A DNA stretch of 64,000 nucleotides. Origin: an uncultured Desulfatitalea sp. (lineage in GTDB: Bacteria > Desulfobacterota > Desulfobacteria > Desulfobacterales > Desulfosarcinaceae). The notes below the pieces were generated by a model. The model saw nothing but the letters and a program-made list of their open reading frames with translations, was not told the DNA's origin and did no database searches. Shown here piece by piece: positions 47,791 to 58,020 of the stretch. The translations under genes and the position numbers were made by a program. Position 1 is the first letter of the stretch. Each line of letters opens with the position of its first letter. The DNA lies in assembly GCA_963668675.2 (NCBI GenBank), contig CAXXMB010000001.1, positions 1,152,001 to 1,216,000 of the forward strand, read 5' to 3'.

Positions 47791-49680
47791 CTAATTCTCA
47801 ATAAAGCTCTTCAACTTGCGGCTGCGCGTCGGGTGCCGGAGCTTGCGCAGCGCTTTGGCTTCGATCTGTCGTATACGCTCTCGGGTCACGGTAAAATCCT
47901 GCCCGACCTCCTCCAAGGTGTGGTCTGCTTTTTCACCGATACCGAAACGCATCCGCAACACCTTCTCCTCCCTGGGGGTGAGAGTCGCCAGCACTTTGCG
48001 GGTCTGCTCGGCAAGGTTGAGGCTCACCGCGGCATCAGATGGCAGCATGAACTTTTTATCTTCAATAAAATCACCTAAATGACTATCCTCTTCCTCACCG
48101 ATAGGCGTCTCCAAAGAGATAGGTTCACGGGCGATTTTCAGCACCTTTCGCACCTTATCCAGAGGTATTTCCATCTTCTCGGCGATCTCTTCGGGCCGCG
48201 GCTCGCGCCCCATCTCCTGAACCAGATAACGAGAGGTTCGTATCAACTTATTAATGGTTTCAATCATGTGAACCGGTATCCGGATCGTGCGGGCCTGGTC
48301 TGCTATGGCCCGAGTAATGGCCTGTCGGATCCACCAGGTGGCATAGGTGCTGAATTTATACCCCCGCCGGTACTCGAATTTGTCCACCGCTTTCATCAGG
48401 CCGATATTACCCTCCTGAATCAAATCGAGGAATTGTAGCCCCCTGTTTGTATACTTTTTGGCAATACTGACCACCAGACGCAGGTTGGCTTTGATCAGTT
48501 CGCTCTTGGCCAACTTGGCCCTTGCACGCCCCTCGTCCACATTGGAAAGGATTCGCTTGAGAATACGGCTGTTGGCCTTTATTTCATTTTCACGTGTTAA
48601 AATCTGCGTGTGTATATCGCTCACATTCCCGTAGATCGCCTCCAGTTCTTTGCGCATAAGATCGCACTGTTTGCTGGCCATTTTAACAAAACGGGATTTG
48701 GCTGTGAGGTTCTCGCGGAAGGTCGCCACCGGTATGTTCAATGCCTCGGCACTCCCTGTAATGACCCTGTTCATGGCATCGAACCAGTGGATCAGATTGC
48801 GGATATCCTCCTCCATCTGATCGATGACGCTTCCCTCGAGACGCCACTCTTTGAGCATATCGAATATCTTTTGATTGCGCCTGGATATGCATCGCCGGAT
48901 CCGACGCTGCTCTTCCGATTTGAGTTTGCTACTGCTGTCGAACAACTTCTCCCGGAAGCCCATGTTTTCATCATGAATCTCGGAGATGCCATTAACCGTC
49001 TTCATGAAGGACTCAATCTGCATGAACTCATCCTGGTATGTATCGCCCTCATCCACATCTCGCAGCACATGCTTGGGCCGCAACAGCAAATTCTCGATGC
49101 GACGCCCCAGATCGAGAATAAAATCAACACCAATCGTGGTTTCCAAGAGCGCCTTCAGGACATCCTGCTCCCCGGCCTCTATCTTTTTAGCGATCTCGAC
49201 CTCTCCCTCACGGCTGAGGAGCGTAACCAGCCCCATCTCGCGCAAGTACATCTTGACCGGATCGGTCACCGATCCGTAATCGGGCATTGCCGACTCAGAC
49301 GCTTTCGTCGCCGTTACCGCCTTTTTGGCTTTTGCTTTGGTGATATTCTTATTGTTCCCGTCAATGATATCGATGCCCAGGTCGTCGAACATCAGTAACG
49401 TTTCATCCATCTGTTCCCCGGCAAGCATCTCATCGGGGAGGGCAGTGTTGATCTCATCATAGGTAAGGAACCCTTGCTTTTTACCCTGGGCAATCAGTGC
49501 CTTCATGGCCTTTTCAGTGATGCCTTTTGAGCTTTTAGTCCCTTTTCCCGTCACTTTCTTCGACTGTTTTTTGGCCGTTGCGCTTTTGGTCTTTTTCCCT
49601 TTTTTGGCCGAACTTCGACGGGTCACACCCTTGCCGGCAGCATTACTGGTATCGGTTTCTTGCTTGGTTTTTTTCGCCAT
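47791..49680 (-). CDS. rpoD: Primary sigma factor sigma70 with Lys-rich N-terminal extension
   Basis: [43 protein letters not shown]; start set at the ATG after GGAGG. Confidence 0.98.
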   Translation of the reverse strand: MAKKTKQETDTSNAAGKGVTRRSSAKKGKKTKSATAKKQSKKVTGKGTKSSKGITEKAMKALIAQGKKQGFLTYDEINTALPDEMLAGEQMDETLLMFDDLGIDIIDGNNKNITKAKAKKAVTATKASESAMPDYGSVTDPVKMYLREMGLVTLLSREGEVEIAKKIEAGEQDVLKALLETTIGVDFILDLGRRIENLLLRPKHVLRDVDEGDTYQDEFMQIESFMKTVNGISEIHDENMGFREKLFDSSSKLKSEEQRRIRRCISRRNQKIFDMLKEWRLEGSVIDQMEEDIRNLIHWFDAMNRVITGSAEALNIPVATFRENLTAKSRFVKMASKQCDLMRKELEAIYGNVSDIHTQILTRENEIKANSRILKRILSNVDEGRARAKLAKSELIKANLRLVVSIAKKYTNRGLQFLDLIQEGNIGLMKAVDKFEYRRGYKFSTYATWWIRQAITRAIADQARTIRIPVHMIETINKLIRTSRYLVQEMGREPRPEEIAEKMEIPLDKVRKVLKIAREPISLETPIGEEEDSHLGDFIEDKKFMLPSDAAVSLNLAEQTRKVLATLTPREEKVLRMRFGIGEKADHTLEEVGQDFTVTRERIRQIEAKALRKLRHPTRSRKLKSFIEN

Positions 49681-49707
49681 TGAAATGAGCCTCCTGCACA
49701 CTGCTAG

Positions 49708-51489
49708 CTAATTGATCAATCCCTTTGCCGCCTGTTGCTGCTTCAGTCTCAACAATTTGGAAAGCAGAACCATATCGTTGTTTTGTTCAGCACTCTCTAT
49801 TTGACGCTGCAAATCCTGCCGGATACGGCGCTTGTTGCGGGCTTCGAATTGTGTGAGCACGCGCTCACACCCTTGCCGGTCCCAATGGCATTCTGTGATG
49901 GCCAGTTGAGCCACCAGATTGCGGTATTGGGGATCCTCGATGACAGAGACCAGATCGGCGGTACGCTCCTGCACGGCATCGGCCCCCTCTGCAATCATGT
50001 GGGCAATATGTTTCAGTTTTTGGTCCTCAAAACAGTCCAACAGATTCCTGCCGACGATTTCCGGGATCATCAGTGGATAACAGAGCATCATACCCACAAT
50101 CTGAAGTTCCAGGCGCCTCTCCTCGGCAATGAGGTTGTTCTGAGGCGCACGCTTTATCGATCGCCCCTGGCTGTTCAGCCCCCCCGACACCTGCCGTATC
50201 TTCTCCAATATCGCAGACTCATCGATATCGAGCCGCTCGGACAACTGTTTTATATGCAGAGCCCGCACAACGCCATCTTGTATCGATGCCATTACCTCCT
50301 GGACATCATTGATTACCTTTATCTTCCCTTCCAGGGAAAGTCCGTGTTTGTTGATGGCCGCCTCTACAATGAATGGCACCATGCCCAAAGCGTTATCGGC
50401 ACATTTCAGGAAATCATCAGGTCCATACTCTCTGAGGAACGTATCCGGATCATAACCCTTCGGTAAAACCAGAACACGTGCGCTTAGAAAACCCTTATCG
50501 AAAATGGGGACACTGCGTTGCGCCGCCTTTATGCCTGCCTCGTCCGAATCAAAAACGAGATAGACACTGCCGTCCTGCCCAACCATGCCACGAAGCAGCT
50601 GTACGTGTTCGGGCGTCAACGCTGTACCCAGAGTGGCAACAGTGTTTTCAAGGCCATAGAGATGCATTGCCAGGACATCGAAATAGCCCTCGACCACGTA
50701 AACCTTGCCGGCGGCACGTGCTGCCTGATTGGCCTTGTGAATTCCGTACAGGCCCCTTCTCTTGTTATAGATCGGTGTTTCGGGCGAATTGAGATATTTG
50801 GGCTTATCGTCTCCCATCACCCGTCCGCCGAATCCCAGAACCTGTTGATTCAGATTCATAATCGGGAAAAGGACGCGATCTCTAAATCGATCGTAGTGGC
50901 CGTTACCGTCTTTTCTCGGGATAACCAGACCAGCCTTCTCCACCAATCCTACGGGCACCTTTTTGTCTTTGAGATAACCGAGCAGGCCGTCCCACCGTTG
51001 CGGTGCATAACCCAGCTGGTGGCCGTCGATTATCTTGCGTGTCATCCCCCTTCCCAACAGGTAGCCCATCGCCTTTGCACCGGTCTGCGCATCATTGAGA
51101 TTCTCATGAAAGAAGCGCATGGCCAATTCGTTTATGCGATAGAGCTTATTTTTTTCGCTCGCCTGCTCCTTCTGTGCCGGAGTAAGATGGTAATCCGGCA
51201 CCTCAATGCCATATTTTGCGGCCACCGCCCTTAAGGCATCCGGGAAAGAGAGCCCCTCTCTTTGCATCAGAAAGCTGAAAATATTCCCGCCTGTATGGCA
51301 ACCAAAACAGTAAAAGATCTGTTTCTCTTGGCTTACCGTAAAGGAGGGAGTTTTCTCGGCGTGAAACGGGCACAACCCCAGATGGTTACGGCCTGCCTTC
51401 TTAAGTACAACATACTCCGAGATGACATCGACGATATTGGCAGTATGCTTAATTCTCTGGATCGTGTCGTCTGGAATAGAACGTACCAA
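49708..51489 (-). CDS. dnaG: DNA primase (TTG start)
   Basis: CPFH...CFGC Zn finger, KYLNSPET, VEGYFD, DSDEAG. Confidence 0.97.
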   Translation of the reverse strand: MVRSIPDDTIQRIKHTANIVDVISEYVVLKKAGRNHLGLCPFHAEKTPSFTVSQEKQIFYCFGCHTGGNIFSFLMQREGLSFPDALRAVAAKYGIEVPDYHLTPAQKEQASEKNKLYRINELAMRFFHENLNDAQTGAKAMGYLLGRGMTRKIIDGHQLGYAPQRWDGLLGYLKDKKVPVGLVEKAGLVIPRKDGNGHYDRFRDRVLFPIMNLNQQVLGFGGRVMGDDKPKYLNSPETPIYNKRRGLYGIHKANQAARAAGKVYVVEGYFDVLAMHLYGLENTVATLGTALTPEHVQLLRGMVGQDGSVYLVFDSDEAGIKAAQRSVPIFDKGFLSARVLVLPKGYDPDTFLREYGPDDFLKCADNALGMVPFIVEAAINKHGLSLEGKIKVINDVQEVMASIQDGVVRALHIKQLSERLDIDESAILEKIRQVSGGLNSQGRSIKRAPQNNLIAEERRLELQIVGMMLCYPLMIPEIVGRNLLDCFEDQKLKHIAHMIAEGADAVQERTADLVSVIEDPQYRNLVAQLAITECHWDRQGCERVLTQFEARNKRRIRQDLQRQIESAEQNNDMVLLSKLLRLKQQQAAKGLIN

Positions 51490-51661
51490 AAACAGCGCCC
51501 TCCATTCTGACAGACTGGGTTGAAGCCTTCTTTCAGGGCAGGAGCATCAATCGATGCTGATCACGGACACCGATTCGCGGGTCCGCGAGAGGACCTATTT
51601 CCATTTTCTTCACGGTATATGGTGACCATCTATCCGCAACGCCTCGCGATTAAAATTTGCG

Positions 51662-51690
51662 ACAATATCTAATGGCAGCACAACTGTCAA
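51662..51690 (-). promoter_or_regulatory. sigma70-like promoter for dnaG-rpoD
   Basis: TTGACA-N17-TATTGT. Confidence 0.6.
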
Positions 51691-51929
51691 CACCCTAAAT
51701 ATTTTGTTAGTCTAATCACGATTCGGCCGAATGCCACATATCGATTTGGCGTCATGATGGTTTTATGGTCTCAGGTAGTTGCCGTTCGGGCGGGACAACG
51801 GCTGGAACGGCTCTGACGGCACCTCGATTGGCGAAACGCGCTCTCATGGGGACGCCGTTATGGTATCCGCAACCGGAAGCGCATCCCCGGTGGGGCAGAG
51901 ACGCCTCTGGGGACAGTGAGCATGGTCCT

Positions 51930-52517
51930 CTATAGGCTGCCCTTGGATGACGGGATCCCCTTTATCCGACTGTCCATGGCTGCTGCCTCTCTTAATGCGC
52001 GACCCAACCCTTTAAAAGCGGCCTCGATCATATGGTGCCAATTGTCTCCATAGGCGAAGCGCACATGAAGGTTCAAGCCTGCTTTATAGGCCAGCGCCCT
52101 GAAGAACTCCGATGCCAGGGAGGAGTCGAAGTCGTTCTGGCGAGGCATTTTTCTGGGCATCAGAAATTTCAAATAGGGTCTGTTCGACAAATCGAGCGTC
52201 ACCTCGGTCAATGCATCATCCATTGGGATGACAGCGTGTCCGTATCTGCAAATGCCCTTCCGGTCCCCGAGTGCTTTCTGAACAGCCTCTCCCAGCACCA
52301 GACCGGCATCCTCTACCGTGTGATGGAGATCCACTTCGATATCACCTCTGGCGGCGACCTCAAGATCGACTTGTCCGTGCACCACCATCAAGGTCAACAT
52401 ATGGTCAAAAAAACCGATCCCCGTATCGATTTCATAGGATCCGCTACCGTCCAGATTCAACTTAATGCGGATTTGGGTCTCCTTGGTCTTGCGTTCAAGC
52501 TCGGCAATGCGCTTCAT
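51930..52517 (-). CDS. hisB: Imidazoleglycerol-phosphate dehydratase (outside a his operon)
   Basis: RKTKETQI, FFDHML, HHTVED, PMDDAL, HHMIEAAFK, SSKG. Confidence 0.97.
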   Translation of the reverse strand: MKRIAELERKTKETQIRIKLNLDGSGSYEIDTGIGFFDHMLTLMVVHGQVDLEVAARGDIEVDLHHTVEDAGLVLGEAVQKALGDRKGICRYGHAVIPMDDALTEVTLDLSNRPYLKFLMPRKMPRQNDFDSSLASEFFRALAYKAGLNLHVRFAYGDNWHHMIEAAFKGLGRALREAAAMDSRIKGIPSSKGSL

Positions 52518-52693
52518 TGACGGTCCTTTTTTGGGAGATCTATTTTCGTTTGGCTGGCTTCTGCTTTCGATATGTTTATCTTAAGTTTTTAACCTATTGC
52601 GCCCTATAAAGCAAGTAGATAGGGCGTCCGTCTCCGGCCACTTCGACTGCAGTTCGGACCATCTGCTTTGGGTTCACAGATGGCAAAAGGGGC

Positions 52694-52722
52694 TTGATTT
52701 CATCACTTCATGCAAGTAAATC
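52694..52722 (+). promoter_or_regulatory. sigma70-like promoter upstream of the YcaO-TPR gene
   Basis: TTGATT-N17-TAAATC. Confidence 0.4.
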
Positions 52723-52813
52723 GGTAAGGTCTCAAATGCGTTCAAAAAAGGATGACCCCCCAGTCTTATGCCGGAGGTCTTCGCAGAGATGATCCTATAA
52801 GGAGATTGTACAG

Positions 52814-54547
52814 ATGAAAATGAAACCTATTGAGCTGAAAGATGCCCATAAAAAATACCAACACGACCAGGATAAGGTCACCTCTCCAGATACTACCGTC
52901 GCGCGATTCAAGGAGCGGCTGGCTGAAACCGGATTGGATATCCTTGAGGATATCGTGCGCACCGATAACGGCCGTCTGGACATCCCGGTCTACTTCAGCG
53001 TATGCGGCACCGATGCGCGCGAGGCCATCGGCAATTACAAACAGATGGGGAAAGGGGCCACACCGATCCAGGCCCAGGCCAGCGCCGTTATGGAACTTGG
53101 TGAAAGATTCAGCCTCTTCAGCTTCTATCGCAACGGATCCAATTTCATCCAGGCCCCGCGCAACGCCATCGATGAGCCCACCATCGGATTCGACCGTATC
53201 GCGCAATCCGTCTCGGACCAATCAGACGATCTGCCAGTTGCCCGCGCCATCTTCAATGAACTGCCCTTGCACTGGACATGGGCCTATAACCTGACTCGCG
53301 AGGAGTCTGTACTGGTACCGTTCAACTGGTTCTGGGCCATCAATGAGTTTAACGGGTCATCGGCCGGCAACTGCAATGAGGAGGCGATTTGCCAGGGAAT
53401 CTGTGAAGTGGTGGAGCGGCATGCATCGGCACTGGTCAGCAGGAATCGATTAGGGGTGCCGCGTATCGTCGAATCCTCCATTGAAGATCCCGTGGCCTTA
53501 GAGTTGATGTCCAAATACAAAAAGGCCGGCATCGAGCTATGCCTCTCCGATTTTACCCTCGACACGGGCATCCCCACCATCGCTGCGCTGGCGTGGGATC
53601 CGACCACATTTCCAGAAAAGAGTGAGATTGTCTGGACCGCGGGCACCACCCCCGGACCGGCCAAAGCCCTCTGCCGGGCATTGACCGAGGTCGCCCAGTT
53701 AGCAGGCGATTTCAACAGCGGCGGCAACTATGTGGCCAGTGGTCTTCCGAAATTCCGAACCCTTGAACAGGCTGACCACATACTCAACCCGGGATGCAAC
53801 ATAGAGATGGGCAATCTACCCGATTTGGGGGACGTCAACATCAAAACCGAAGTATCGCGTCTGGTCGAAACGCTCGCCAGACGCGATAAAGAGGTCTTCC
53901 TGATTGACATCCGGCACCCTCGGCTCGACATTCCCGCCTTCTACACCATCGTGCCAGGGGCCCATTTCCGCGAGCGCGCCGCACAACCCAGTGTCGGCAT
54001 GATATGCGCCAAAATCATCATCGAAAACTTCCCCCCGGAAACGGCCAAGGCCCGATTGGCCAAGATCGAAGAGATGCTGCCCGGCAAACACTACACCTAC
54101 TTCTATCTGGCCCAGTTGGAACTCAACACGGGAAACTATCCAGCCGCTATTTCTCATCTGAATCGGGCGGCTGCCCTGAAACCCGATATCGAAGATTTGG
54201 CAAGTATCCACACCTATCTTGGGGTGTGCCACAAAGAGATGGAGAACTATCTGGAGGCATTGACGGCTTTGAACAGTGCTGACCAGCTGGATTCCGAACG
54301 CACCGACACCCTCAACCTGATGGGGGTCTGTCACTACAAGCTGTCTGATTTCGAATCGGCCATTGCGTGCTTTCGGCGGGTTATCGCATTGGACCCCAGC
54401 TCTGCCATCGATTACGCCAACCTCGCTGTCAACTACCGTGCCATCGATGAGACGGCCAAAGCAATCGAGTATTTCCAGCTGGCCTTGGCATTAGATCCCG
54501 GTATCGATTTCGCCAAAGCCCATCTGGCAGAGATGGGCGAAATATAG
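52814..54547 (+). CDS. YcaO-family ATP-dependent backbone-modifying enzyme with C-terminal TPR repeats
   Basis: MGKG...SAVMELGER, GSSAGN...CEVVERH, RALTEVAQ, IVPG; about four TPRs in the last ~155 aa. Confidence 0.9.
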   Translation: MKMKPIELKDAHKKYQHDQDKVTSPDTTVARFKERLAETGLDILEDIVRTDNGRLDIPVYFSVCGTDAREAIGNYKQMGKGATPIQAQASAVMELGERFSLFSFYRNGSNFIQAPRNAIDEPTIGFDRIAQSVSDQSDDLPVARAIFNELPLHWTWAYNLTREESVLVPFNWFWAINEFNGSSAGNCNEEAICQGICEVVERHASALVSRNRLGVPRIVESSIEDPVALELMSKYKKAGIELCLSDFTLDTGIPTIAALAWDPTTFPEKSEIVWTAGTTPGPAKALCRALTEVAQLAGDFNSGGNYVASGLPKFRTLEQADHILNPGCNIEMGNLPDLGDVNIKTEVSRLVETLARRDKEVFLIDIRHPRLDIPAFYTIVPGAHFRERAAQPSVGMICAKIIIENFPPETAKARLAKIEEMLPGKHYTYFYLAQLELNTGNYPAAISHLNRAAALKPDIEDLASIHTYLGVCHKEMENYLEALTALNSADQLDSERTDTLNLMGVCHYKLSDFESAIACFRRVIALDPSSAIDYANLAVNYRAIDETAKAIEYFQLALALDPGIDFAKAHLAEMGEI

Positions 54548-54551
54548 GGTG

Positions 54552-55340
54552 TTAATCAAAATCGCTGCACTTTGCCAGCACTTCGTCGGCCAGATCACTG
54601 TAATCAATGGCGCCAAAACTGCTTTTTCGATAAAAAACGACCGGTCGGCAGACGTCCGCACTCTCGGCTATGGTGATGTTTGTTCGAACCACCGTATCGA
54701 AGACCAGGTCCCGGTATTCATCTTCGGTTTTCAGTTGATTCAGGACCCGCCGGCTGACGCGCGTACGCGAATCGTAGAAGGTGGGGACGATGCCCAGGAT
54801 CGAGATATCCGGGTTGATCGCCTCTTTCACGGCAGAGATTGTATCAAGCAGCTCCCTCAATGCAGCATATGCATAGGGGTGGGTCTGGCAGGGTACCAGT
54901 ACATGGCGGGCATAGGTGAACACATTGACCGTCAGCAGTGAGAGACTAGGAGGGGTATCGAGGAGAATGAAATCGTATCCATTGGATAAATTCGCCAAAG
55001 CCTCCCTGAGCAGATTCTCCCTTCCGGCCACATCGGCCAACTCCACTTCGGCGCCCGAAAGATCCACATGGGAGGGAAGCAGGTCCAATCCGTCCCATGC
55101 CGTAGCGACGACCGCCTCATCTGCACTCAGCGATCTATCCCTGGCCAAGAGGTCATAGACCGTTGGTGCATCCTCTTCCAGCGCCACCCCCAACCCCTTG
55201 GTAGCGCCGGCCTGGGGGTCCATATCGATGATCAAAACCCTCTGGTTTAAAAGGGATAAGGCTGCGCCCAGGTTGATCACAGTGACGGTTTTACCAACTC
55301 CGCCCTTCTCATTTGCAACGGCAATGGTACGGGATTTCAT
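54552..55340 (-). CDS. Orphan ParA/Soj-family ATPase
   Basis: Deviant Walker A KGGVGKT, IDMDPQ, LDTPPSL; no parB nearby. Confidence 0.93.
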   Translation of the reverse strand: MKSRTIAVANEKGGVGKTVTVINLGAALSLLNQRVLIIDMDPQAGATKGLGVALEEDAPTVYDLLARDRSLSADEAVVATAWDGLDLLPSHVDLSGAEVELADVAGRENLLREALANLSNGYDFILLDTPPSLSLLTVNVFTYARHVLVPCQTHPYAYAALRELLDTISAVKEAINPDISILGIVPTFYDSRTRVSRRVLNQLKTEDEYRDLVFDTVVRTNITIAESADVCRPVVFYRKSSFGAIDYSDLADEVLAKCSDFD

Positions 55341-55352
55341 AGGGAACTCCTC

Positions 55353-57632
55353 CTAATTTGAATGCGTGGCCTCATCGTCAATCAGCGTCGTCACCTCCCC
55401 GCGGACGCGCTCCAATTGCACTTGGATGGTGGTGATCGCACTCTCAATTCTCTCCAAAGCCTTGTCCGTGCGCTCCTTGTCGTCGTGTTGGTTTGCAATG
55501 GTATTGACCAGGCTTTTCAAATCCCCCACATAGGCCCCAAACTGTTCGGTGAGGATCTCGTGCAACTGGTTGCCTGCCATTTCAGCCAGGCGCTGGACAT
55601 ACTGAAATTTCACATTCTCCCTGTAGTCCTTGAAATGGGATACGATCGACCGTTCTGTCTCCGACTTCATTCTGCGGATACCGCTTTTCAGCGCCTTGAG
55701 CTCTTCCGAGGACTTCGAAGTGCCCGACTTGTTCAACACCTTTCGAATCAAACGCGCCACGGAGTAAAAGCCAAGCCTCACGATGGCCTCGGTCTTGATG
55801 TAAGCACTGTATCTCATGGTGGCCGCGGCCGGCGGCAATGCGATACCGCCCACCTGCTTCACGGCGTTGAGGTCCCCAAAAGATTGGAGATCTCTTTTGA
55901 CCGGCGCCGCATCGATCCCCATCTGCAGCAGCACCTCTTGAAAACGCTCCAATGCATCGGTGACCATCGCCTCATAGGGTTCTCCGATCATGTGGAGCTG
56001 CTCCTGCAGCCGCATTTCGACTTTCTGGATGTATCCAATGATATCGGGGTTGACCTTTTCAGTCATGTAGGCATCCACAGCCTGTTTCAAATCCTGAAAT
56101 ACCAGATAGAGGGTATGGGTGAATCCCGAAGAGGCGAGCTGCTCCTGGTAGCGGGCCAGGTCCACATTGTACTCCCGGACAAATCCGGTAGCCATCTGGG
56201 TGATGGGGCCGCTGCTTGAATCGAAAAAACGATCCACCTCTTTTTTCAACTCCTGGCTCACTTTTCTCACGGCACCATTGAGGGTGCTATGGATCATCGA
56301 TTGGACCTGAAGCATGTGCAACTGGTGAACGTGAAGCTTTTCCGCCATGGATCGTGCTTCCCCGGCATCGCGCCGAAAAAGGTCCCGATGAAGCTGCACC
56401 CATTGTTTGAGCCCGTTCGCCGTCACATCGATGTGGGCCAACTGATTTTGAAGCAGCAAAGACCAGCGTTGATGAGAGAGTTTGTGATCCAAAGCGGCCT
56501 CCAACCGAGCGGTCTCCTGGCTTGAAAAGTCGACCAACTCCTTGGCCTTGCGCCACTGTTTCAAACGCTCCTTCTCCAACGGTTTGAGATCGGAACGAAA
56601 GCGATCAAACAGATTAAATAGGGCTGAGAAGGCAAAGATATCCGGTGAGTCCACCACCAGTGACAGCTCTTCATGGAGACGTCGAATCAGGGCTTGAAGG
56701 TCATCTATACTGTCGTGCTCGTTTAGATCGCAGTTGCATACATAGAGCATGTTTTTCGCAATCCCCATCCGCTTGATCATGGACAGAAAACGGATGTCGG
56801 CCTGACGCAATCCCGTTCGACTGCTGACCACATAGATGATCAAGTGCGCTTTTAGCAGGTAGTCCTGTATCATTGCCAAATGAAGTGGATTGGGCGAATC
56901 GCTCCCCTGGCAGTCGGCCAGTTCTATATCTCCCTTCAATATATCCCCGGGGACCGCTAACTTGACATCCTTCAGATAGACGGCCAGGGCATCACTGCCC
57001 ACAAAATCCCGATGCTCGGCAAATCGCTCACTGTCGAATTCACGGGTAGAGCTGTCGGCAGAGATGTAAGGCGCAACCTGATCATAACCTTTCAGATAGG
57101 ATGAAAGCAGCACACCATTGGCGTTGAGCTGATCCCGATAAACTCGAGATTCATGGTCGAGCGTCTCCAACGCCTTTTCCAGGTCTTGTCGGTCTTGATT
57201 TCGCCGGATATCGAAATCATGGCGATCCGAACGCCAGTCATTCGAAGGGAAAAGCACCAAGGCTTGTTGGATGTCTTCGTTCACTTTATCCCAAGACTTG
57301 AAGAAAAGTTGCGCCTGAAGCCGATCGCCCTGACGGATACGGGTGACAATGGAGGTCACCACGCCGGCGCCTCTTTTCAAGTAGTCGTCATTCAACAATG
57401 CATTGACCAGAGTGCTCTTGCCCGACTTGATCGCCCCGACCACTGCAATACGAACCACATGATCGCGCAAGTGGCGGTCGATAATTTTGCACGACTGCTT
57501 CCACTGCTCAAAACCAGATGGGTTGTCGTCCAGAGCCGTTTCCGCCTGGTGGATCAGTGCGGATATCTCCTGATTAATATTGAGTATTGCTTCTTTATTT
57601 TTTTCGTAGGCATCCATAAGATAGTCCGCCAT
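55353..57632 (-). CDS. Bacterial dynamin-like GTPase
   Basis: G1 GAIKSGKST, G2 GVVTS, G3-like DCQG, long helical C-terminal trunk. Confidence 0.88.
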   Translation of the reverse strand: MADYLMDAYEKNKEAILNINQEISALIHQAETALDDNPSGFEQWKQSCKIIDRHLRDHVVRIAVVGAIKSGKSTLVNALLNDDYLKRGAGVVTSIVTRIRQGDRLQAQLFFKSWDKVNEDIQQALVLFPSNDWRSDRHDFDIRRNQDRQDLEKALETLDHESRVYRDQLNANGVLLSSYLKGYDQVAPYISADSSTREFDSERFAEHRDFVGSDALAVYLKDVKLAVPGDILKGDIELADCQGSDSPNPLHLAMIQDYLLKAHLIIYVVSSRTGLRQADIRFLSMIKRMGIAKNMLYVCNCDLNEHDSIDDLQALIRRLHEELSLVVDSPDIFAFSALFNLFDRFRSDLKPLEKERLKQWRKAKELVDFSSQETARLEAALDHKLSHQRWSLLLQNQLAHIDVTANGLKQWVQLHRDLFRRDAGEARSMAEKLHVHQLHMLQVQSMIHSTLNGAVRKVSQELKKEVDRFFDSSSGPITQMATGFVREYNVDLARYQEQLASSGFTHTLYLVFQDLKQAVDAYMTEKVNPDIIGYIQKVEMRLQEQLHMIGEPYEAMVTDALERFQEVLLQMGIDAAPVKRDLQSFGDLNAVKQVGGIALPPAAATMRYSAYIKTEAIVRLGFYSVARLIRKVLNKSGTSKSSEELKALKSGIRRMKSETERSIVSHFKDYRENVKFQYVQRLAEMAGNQLHEILTEQFGAYVGDLKSLVNTIANQHDDKERTDKALERIESAITTIQVQLERVRGEVTTLIDDEATHSN

Positions 57633-57665
57633 TGGATCATTTAACGTTTCGATTCAATCCTGTTG

Positions 57666-57695
57666 CATATAGCAATGCTCGGTCTGAATTGTCAA
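57666..57695 (-). promoter_or_regulatory. sigma70-like promoter for dynamin-parA
   Basis: TTGACA-N18-TATATG with TG extension. Confidence 0.45.
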
Positions 57696-57843
57696 AAGCT
57701 TAACCCGTACCATATCTATGGGTTCGGGCGGCACAAAATACAATGGCTTGTTAATTCAATGATTTTATGATATTTAGCTCTTTAAATAACTCGAATTGGA
57801 CACCTGTGGTAGCACGGTTCTAATAACACAAGGATTGGAATTC

Positions 57844-57993
57844 ATGTCTGAAAAAAATCCTGAATGCCCTCTATATAATCCCTTAAACTGTAAGGAATAT
57901 TATAATCCGAAACTGTGCGCATTCGTGCGCAAGGACAAAACCTGCCTGAAAAAGAAAAAACCCAAGCAAAAACAAAAGAAGAGTGAGGACTGA
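57844..57993 (+). CDS. 49-aa four-Cys, Lys-tailed small protein of unknown function
   Basis: MSEKNPECPLYNPLNCKEYYNPKLCAFVRKDKTCLKKKKPKQKQKKSED; AGGA/GGA upstream; followed by a strong terminator. Confidence 0.7.
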   Translation: MSEKNPECPLYNPLNCKEYYNPKLCAFVRKDKTCLKKKKPKQKQKKSED

Positions 57994-58020
57994 TCTATTC
58001 TTCTCTTTATTTCTGTTCGA

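Noticed and set aside
51858..51923. 21-aa ORF (MLTVPRG...) just after hisB
   Set aside because: SD spacing too short and no compositional or motif support
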